IMG/VR virus record: IMGVR_UViG_3300009506_000028
Span: 1-61,527 of that record
DNA length: 61,527 bases
Strand: one strand, 5' to 3'
From: a virus
Lineage: Duplodnaviria; Caudoviricetes
Part shown: positions 57,201-61,527 of the stretch, piece by piece
Position numbering within the stretch: position 1 is the first letter of the stretch
Layout of the letters: each line of letters opens with the position of its first letter
Made by a program: the position numbers and the translations under genes
The notes under the pieces: generated by a model
Databases searched by the model: none
What the model was told of the DNA's origin: nothing
Seen by the model: only the letters and a program-made list of their open reading frames with translations

Positions 57201-60200
57201 TAATGTTATCGAAACTATCAGCATGCACCTCCATGATCCCACGAACCTTATTCATCGGATCAATTGCTATAAGTCCTAGATAATCCCTACCAACCTGTAC
57301 CTCTTTTGAAACTTGAGCAAGTTGGTTTTGATTCTTGATGATCATCCCGAGTACCTTGTGAGGCTTTACTGGCGTGTCCATGCTATAGGTGTGAGGCATG
57401 GCCTCCTCTCTGATATCAGTCATGAGACGGCCGCCAGGATCGGCATAAATCATGCCGAAGCTATTAGAGTTAATTACTATGTGGGCAATGAACCCAGGGA
57501 CAGAGGAGGCAAATTTGCGGGTAGCATTAACATCACCAATGGATGGGGACGGGTTACCGCTTGGGTGATTGTGAAGAAGGAAATACCCATCACCGCCAAG
57601 ATTGTTTATCTGACGTTCCAGCTCTGCAAAATTCTCCTCATTATCAAGCCCGTCCTTCCCGACAAAACTAGCTGTAGATGATGGTAAGCGAGAGGTAACC
57701 CCGGTTTGACCAACTACCTGGTCACCTTTCATGATGAAAACACGTAATGTCTCATAGTGTGGGTTGCGGTAAATCTGAGACAGTAGCGCCAGATCCATGC
57801 CGTTTTTTACAGTCTGACCAATAAGTTTGGCTTTGCTCTCCTCCTTGAACTCTTTGGGTATTGCGCTACCAAGAAGTGATGGCTTATGTTCAGCGCGGCG
57901 CTTCTCAAGGTCTGCCATCAGCTCATCAGCCATGAGCTGGTCATCCATGGTGGCCCCTGGTCGCTTCTCATAATCCACCACGCCATAAGGATCTGACGGG
58001 CTTTGCACGGAAGTTATCGCGCTCGGTGCTGCCCTGCGGTTCCCCTCGGAGACAAAGCGGCGTGAGCGTCCAATCAGGGCGGCGATATCGGTCTCTGTGT
58101 ACTCCAGATCCGTGAAGTGGCGGAGGGCTTCCTTGATGGCACTGACCACCTTTTGCCATAGGGTAGGCTGCTTTCCGGTCTGTGCCTGGTAAGCGATATA
58201 CTCCTCGGCGGCGACACGTCGGCCGAAATCAGTCTTGAGATCCAGCTCAGGATAGGCGCGTTTCACCAGGTCACGGATCTCGTTGACGTTGGAGAGGAAG
58301 ACCTGACGCATCAGCGGATCCAGCTTGTCCCCCATAATGGAGCGGAGACCGTAATGACCGACTACTTCATGGAGAAATGTCTCGGTCGCATCACCCTCGG
58401 CGGCCATGTTATCGGCCACCAGATAAATCTCCTTGCTGGTGTTGTCGAACCAGCCACGTACCATTGAGAAATCGCTGTTTGTCTCTTCCAGCTCATCCAC
58501 CGCGGCCTTGGGCAGGTCGTAGGAAGTGGGTACCACATGCGCCTTTGGCGCACCTGGCATCTGTTTGATGAGTGGCTGGATCTCATCATCGACGGAGCTA
58601 ACCTTTGCCTTGGTTCCTTCTGGAAGCGGGGCCTTGTGGAATAGGACCTCTCTGGTTTTCGATAACTGATCGCGTAGCTTGATGACAGCCTTGGTCCTGG
58701 CCTCCTCGTCGAACCGCTCCCCATACTTGGCCCACTTTATCCCGTGCTTATCCAGGATCGCCAGGGTCTCCTTGCTGGTCTTGTTCGGCACGACGGCACC
58801 GGCGAACTCATCCAGGGTGACGGCGCGGTGTGGTTTTGCCTCAAAGTATGGGACAGGGGCCTCCATCACGGCATCACCGGCCTCGATCCCCATGTCAATG
58901 ATCTTGCTAGGCACACCGCTGAATCCATTGGCTGACAGGGCGCGTCTCATTGCCTTCTCAGACCCGTACTTGAGACGTGTCCTTGCCCAGGTAGCCAGTG
59001 CCTTCATGGAACTATCAAAGCCAGCCCACCGGTCAATATCACCGTCCCAGTCCTTTTCGGTGTAGTACTCGACCACAGCCTCACGAAAGTCGGTTGTTTT
59101 CTTCTCGGCGTCTTTTCTGGAGGCCTCTATCTCGGCCTCGCTCCCTAGTTGCCACTGGGCGCTGTTGCGCATTTCAGTAAGATCGCCCATCTTTTTGGCA
59201 GCTACGGCCCGCGCTTTTCCGGGACCAAAGACCATCGTATCCTCTTGGGCATGGGTACCGTTTCGCGTCATGTACTCCACGATGTTCTCCAGGTTGTAGG
59301 CCAGCTTTCTCCCGCCAATAGTTAGCCGTGGCTCACCCATCATGCTGAGAACCTTGTTGGTAACCCATGCCTGGAACTGCGCCTCTTTGCCTTTCAGCTT
59401 TTTGTCCAGCCGCTCCTCGGTGGCATATTTATCAATGACTCTCGTGCCATATTTTGCCTGGTCGTTCCATAGTTCATGGAAGGTATTGAGGTATATCTTG
59501 CCCTCTTTGTCGGTGTAGCTGTTTCCTGGCTCCATCATGGAGTCAGTCTGGATCAGCTCCTCGACTGACGGCTCCCCTTTCTTCGCCTTGTCCAGCTTGC
59601 TGTAAATGTCATAGAGGTAATCATGGATCGCCTCTCTCGCCACGGCCCCGGCATCCTTATAAAGCTGGATGCGTCGCGGATCCTCTATCCCCAATTTCTC
59701 CGCCTCAAGGTCGGCGTTCTTGAAGAACTCCCTTACTTTTGGGTCAAATGAGATCGGGTTACGCGGCCGTGCATCGCGTGTGACAGGGCGGCTACCTTTT
59801 CCGGTAGTCTCCTCCAGGAACCACTCCTTGACCCCGTTGCTCCGTACCATGGCGCTAATCGCCCGCTCCGGGTCAATCTTCGTGGCGGTGTAGAGATAGT
59901 CCCAGGCCTCACTCATGGCGGAGGAGTGGTTTGTTCCTTCCATTTTCTCAGCATAGGGACGCATGGCATCCAGGAGCGCCTGAACATCTGCCACTTTGGC
60001 CTTTTTGTATTCAGGAACCGGGAAGGTTGAAGAGTAGGAATCCGAGTCATGGATCTCGACCTTGTTAGGGTCGCCCAGGTCTTTGGTGCCAATGAGGGTG
60101 ATCTCACCATATCCACCCAGCCCCATATCCCCGCGCACGACGGCAATAGATGGAACAGCAAACCCGCCCATCTTGTCGGCATAGGCTAAGTTGTCAGGGG

Positions 60201-61527
60201 TCAGATTGTGGAGGGTGGAAAGCGACTCCTTGATGTCCTTGTGGAATCGGCCTACCGCCTCCTCCGGTTTCTGAATAGTGACGATCCTGGACTTTACCCC
60301 AGTGCGCTTAATCAGCTTGGCATCGTTAAAGGTACCGGCCTCAAGGTCCTCAACGTGAGCCCCGACCTCATCCAGCCACTCACGGAAATCGCTCTGTTTT
60401 TTGGTGTCACGGAAGAAAGTACTCTCTGACATGACGGAGACCATGGTTCCGCCAGGTTTCAGGAGATTGTTATAGGCATGGGTGACGTGATCAATGTCCT
60501 GCCCTTTCTCAAAGGGTGGGTTCATGATGATGCGGTCATATTTCTTGCCGCTGTACTCCAGCATGTTCCAGGCGATCGGCTTGTAGCCTTTTGCTTCCAG
60601 GAGTTCGCGCAAGGTAGGGTTTACCTCGATGACATCAGGCGTTATTCCGGTAGTGTCCCGGATAACATCAGCCAGGTGGCCGGCACCTGCCTCCGGTTCC
60701 AGAATGGACATGCCAGGCTCTACATCTGCCAGATCCACCATGCGCTCACTGGCGGCTTGTGGTGTCGGGAAGAAGCCAGCGATCTTGTTACCAAGGAGAC
60801 CGACCTCCAGCTCCCTGATATGCTTGGCGCGTTTCTGCTCCTCGGTCAGGCCACCACTTTCGGCATACTGATTAAGGAGTGCCTGGGCTCGCTCAAACTG
60901 TCCCTCTGTGGTGATGCCGGCTTTCTCTACCCGCTTGAACTCCTTGATGAAGGTCCGCACGGTGGAGTACTTCATGACATCACGGCCGTCCTTGTCTGCA
61001 GCTTTCAGGAGCCTGTCTACTGCCAGGGCTTCATCGGCTGACAGGGTTCTAGGCTTCTCCATGATTCGCATGCGGGAGACGGTCTTAACATCATCAGCAA
61101 TGCCCTTGATGCCTTTGACCCCCTCCAGGAGCTCCTTCTTTTCATATATCCGCATGACTGGCTGCGGGAAACTGGAGCGCCCCATCATGGTCTCGATATC
61201 GGCACGGGTGGTGATCCCACTAAGCTCCTCCGGCAGGACACCGGCCTCAATGGCGTCCGCCATGCTGCGCATAATGGCCTGTACTTTCTGCAAGCGCTCG
61301 CCATCAGCCCGCATGCCGTTGGCGATACGTGACCGCCTGGCGGTGATATTCTGGTTGGAAATAGCCGGGTTTAGCTTCTCATCGATCTGCTTTTCCATGT
61401 TGTCAGCCATCATCCGCAACTTTCCGGCCTTCTTCTTATCGGCAGCGGAGAGGGTTGGCTCTGCTGGTGCGGCGGGCTTTTCTTTTGCCGGAGCTGGTTT
61501 CTCTGCTTTTGCGATAGGTGTCTCTGA
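54283..61527 (-). CDS. C-terminal part of the giant polyvalent protein: N6A-methyltransferase, unknown domain, zincin peptidase, JAB/RadC, large helical C-terminus
   Basis: FFPTP..LEPEAGAG..NPPF; RGWFD..HEVVGHYG..AEE; LLHNHPSGNPSPS.GD; IPFYSW. In frame with 1-4299. Confidence 0.9.
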   Translation of the reverse strand, partial: SETPIAKAEKPAPAKEKPAAPAEPTLSAADKKKAGKLRMMADNMEKQIDEKLNPAISNQNITARRSRIANGMRADGERLQKVQAIMRSMADAIEAGVLPEELSGITTRADIETMMGRSSFPQPVMRIYEKKELLEGVKGIKGIADDVKTVSRMRIMEKPRTLSADEALAVDRLLKAADKDGRDVMKYSTVRTFIKEFKRVEKAGITTEGQFERAQALLNQYAESGGLTEEQKRAKHIRELEVGLLGNKIAGFFPTPQAASERMVDLADVEPGMSILEPEAGAGHLADVIRDTTGITPDVIEVNPTLRELLEAKGYKPIAWNMLEYSGKKYDRIIMNPPFEKGQDIDHVTHAYNNLLKPGGTMVSVMSESTFFRDTKKQSDFREWLDEVGAHVEDLEAGTFNDAKLIKRTGVKSRIVTIQKPEEAVGRFHKDIKESLSTLHNLTPDNLAYADKMGGFAVPSIAVVRGDMGLGGYGEITLIGTKDLGDPNKVEIHDSDSYSSTFPVPEYKKAKVADVQALLDAMRPYAEKMEGTNHSSAMSEAWDYLYTATKIDPERAISAMVRSNGVKEWFLEETTGKGSRPVTRDARPRNPISFDPKVREFFKNADLEAEKLGIEDPRRIQLYKDAGAVAREAIHDYLYDIYSKLDKAKKGEPSVEELIQTDSMMEPGNSYTDKEGKIYLNTFHELWNDQAKYGTRVIDKYATEERLDKKLKGKEAQFQAWVTNKVLSMMGEPRLTIGGRKLAYNLENIVEYMTRNGTHAQEDTMVFGPGKARAVAAKKMGDLTEMRNSAQWQLGSEAEIEASRKDAEKKTTDFREAVVEYYTEKDWDGDIDRWAGFDSSMKALATWARTRLKYGSEKAMRRALSANGFSGVPSKIIDMGIEAGDAVMEAPVPYFEAKPHRAVTLDEFAGAVVPNKTSKETLAILDKHGIKWAKYGERFDEEARTKAVIKLRDQLSKTREVLFHKAPLPEGTKAKVSSVDDEIQPLIKQMPGAPKAHVVPTSYDLPKAAVDELEETNSDFSMVRGWFDNTSKEIYLVADNMAAEGDATETFLHEVVGHYGLRSIMGDKLDPLMRQVFLSNVNEIRDLVKRAYPELDLKTDFGRRVAAEEYIAYQAQTGKQPTLWQKVVSAIKEALRHFTDLEYTETDIAALIGRSRRFVSEGNRRAAPSAITSVQSPSDPYGVVDYEKRPGATMDDQLMADELMADLEKRRAEHKPSLLGSAIPKEFKEESKAKLIGQTVKNGMDLALLSQIYRNPHYETLRVFIMKGDQVVGQTGVTSRLPSSTASFVGKDGLDNEENFAELERQINNLGGDGYFLLHNHPSGNPSPSIGDVNATRKFASSVPGFIAHIVINSNSFGMIYADPGGRLMTDIREEAMPHTYSMDTPVKPHKVLGMIIKNQNQLAQVSKEVQVGRDYLGLIAIDPMNKVRGIMEVHADSFDNIKSIQEIARNFAVQTGGQQLFITQVPNNYLRHRIESAIHLNIFTDAITTDGESIRQQKPELIPTHGLIFGEQMIGEIAEEKGSPYNAAADIINSMPEETRTRIEDARKGLADQRTLREKIRDWGTEIKEGFTRHYQNLPVIPEYAQALEALRQMEAAPQASKDAAERILDKITRGMNPADYELFSLKVLLDDLAYEDSIGHDLPFALDHESLTQAKRRTDEAVANNDLVRQRLKTRKDEIDKITAGLVNRGVLSAETLKNPAYFRHQVLTYARMQQIAAGSSKVKKPKPGYAKHRAGSLEDINANYIEAEFEFMQRAMVDMKMIDTIERIRANYDKLPEIKKQAKDAGMGRNDWRTIIPSGYRIWQPEKGNVWYRGQTVSEQALDHFLDMVVDVASQDEILPQDITLTAAEMLQGIRTGLMMGGKKRELVLPEALADTMDNMRELTEEGVFDKVLAVPLRHWKRWVLINPRRVIKYNLNNLSGDMDAAIAANPHMLSRLPEAIKELWSVMHGADPSPRYLEAVERGVFDSGLSIQEIPDINALDKYGRLTQTKEVKGLKDWAGSIAYKVWNGLQDFTRFRENWMRYAAYLDYADRLAGGENLAEVGWGASNPEMVETLLKSDYRDAAGILAREAIGDYGNVSAYGMQIRNKLIPFYSWLEINTSRYTRLFRNAWGQGIGSTGRVGAVLTTSLLVRMAFLYGAVQLFNNLFFGDDEDDLDVTERMRLHINLGKDSDGKVRSIKFQGALSDYLAWFGFENAVAAMTEIDKGRASWGDVMTAILKAPINKVVGGVTPVIRTPVELLSGQSFWPDVFNPRPMSDRKREAVRLFSLENEYDWLTGAPTRGYARSWTGAIIYRRDPGEIAYNRIKGLVHDWNRKVKGIEGSSTFQTPRSVALRNYKIALRYGDQAAAKRYRRELAQMGVTWKDLGRSIENAHPLGTIAKKDRIRFLHTLTPKEREMLSKAISWYREVYR
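61384..61527. repeat. Right copy of 144-bp terminal overlap
   Basis: Identical to 1-144. Confidence 0.97.

Larger units (their letters stand above)
1..61527. mobile_element. Complete circularly assembled Caudoviricetes phage genome (~61.4 kb), podovirus-like
   Basis: Terminase, portal, scaffold, capsid, lysis and replication genes are present, and the ends overlap by 144 bp. No tape measure or sheath gene was recognised. Confidence 0.95.

Noticed and set aside
61384-61527. 144-bp repeat as a biological terminal repeat
   Set aside because: It falls mid-gene and in frame, which is what an assembler overlap of a circular or permuted genome looks like.

Overview
The window is a complete, circularly assembled tailed-phage genome of about 61,383 bp; bases 1-144 are repeated exactly at 61384-61527. 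It looks like a podovirus of a Gram-negative host, probably a gammaproteobacterium (spanins, proteobacterial SSB). The minus strand carries TerS, a lysis cassette, a fibre/GT2 module, TerL, portal, scaffold, an N4-gp56-type major capsid protein, tail and ejection genes, and a ~3,799-aa polyvalent protein that spans the assembly junction. The ORF track missed its first ~1,420 aa. That protein holds pyrophosphatase, ADP-ribosyltransferase, N6A-methyltransferase, zincin, JAB/RadC and large helical domains. The early region has a lambda-like initiator, Sak/Gp157, SSB, a Dam-type methylase and many small genes. I found no integrase, DNA polymerase, CRISPR array or reverse transcriptase. The standout signal is a dispersed sugar-modification kit: GmhA plus a stand-alone heptose-1-phosphate nucleotidyltransferase, a methyltransferase-GT9 (heptosyltransferase-family) fusion inside the head module, a GT2 next to a 1,510-aa Ser/Thr-rich repeat fibre, a TylF O-methyltransferase and a sulfotransferase. 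Together these suggest virion heptosylation with methylated or sulfated glycans, which is an inference. Other signals: a promoter-driven ~440-nt multi-hairpin noncoding region ending in a tRNA-like CCA stem, and 11-bp-phased TGATATCA arrays both inside the initiator gene and upstream of a Tat-signal gene. All calls come from motif recognition by eye; no searches were run.
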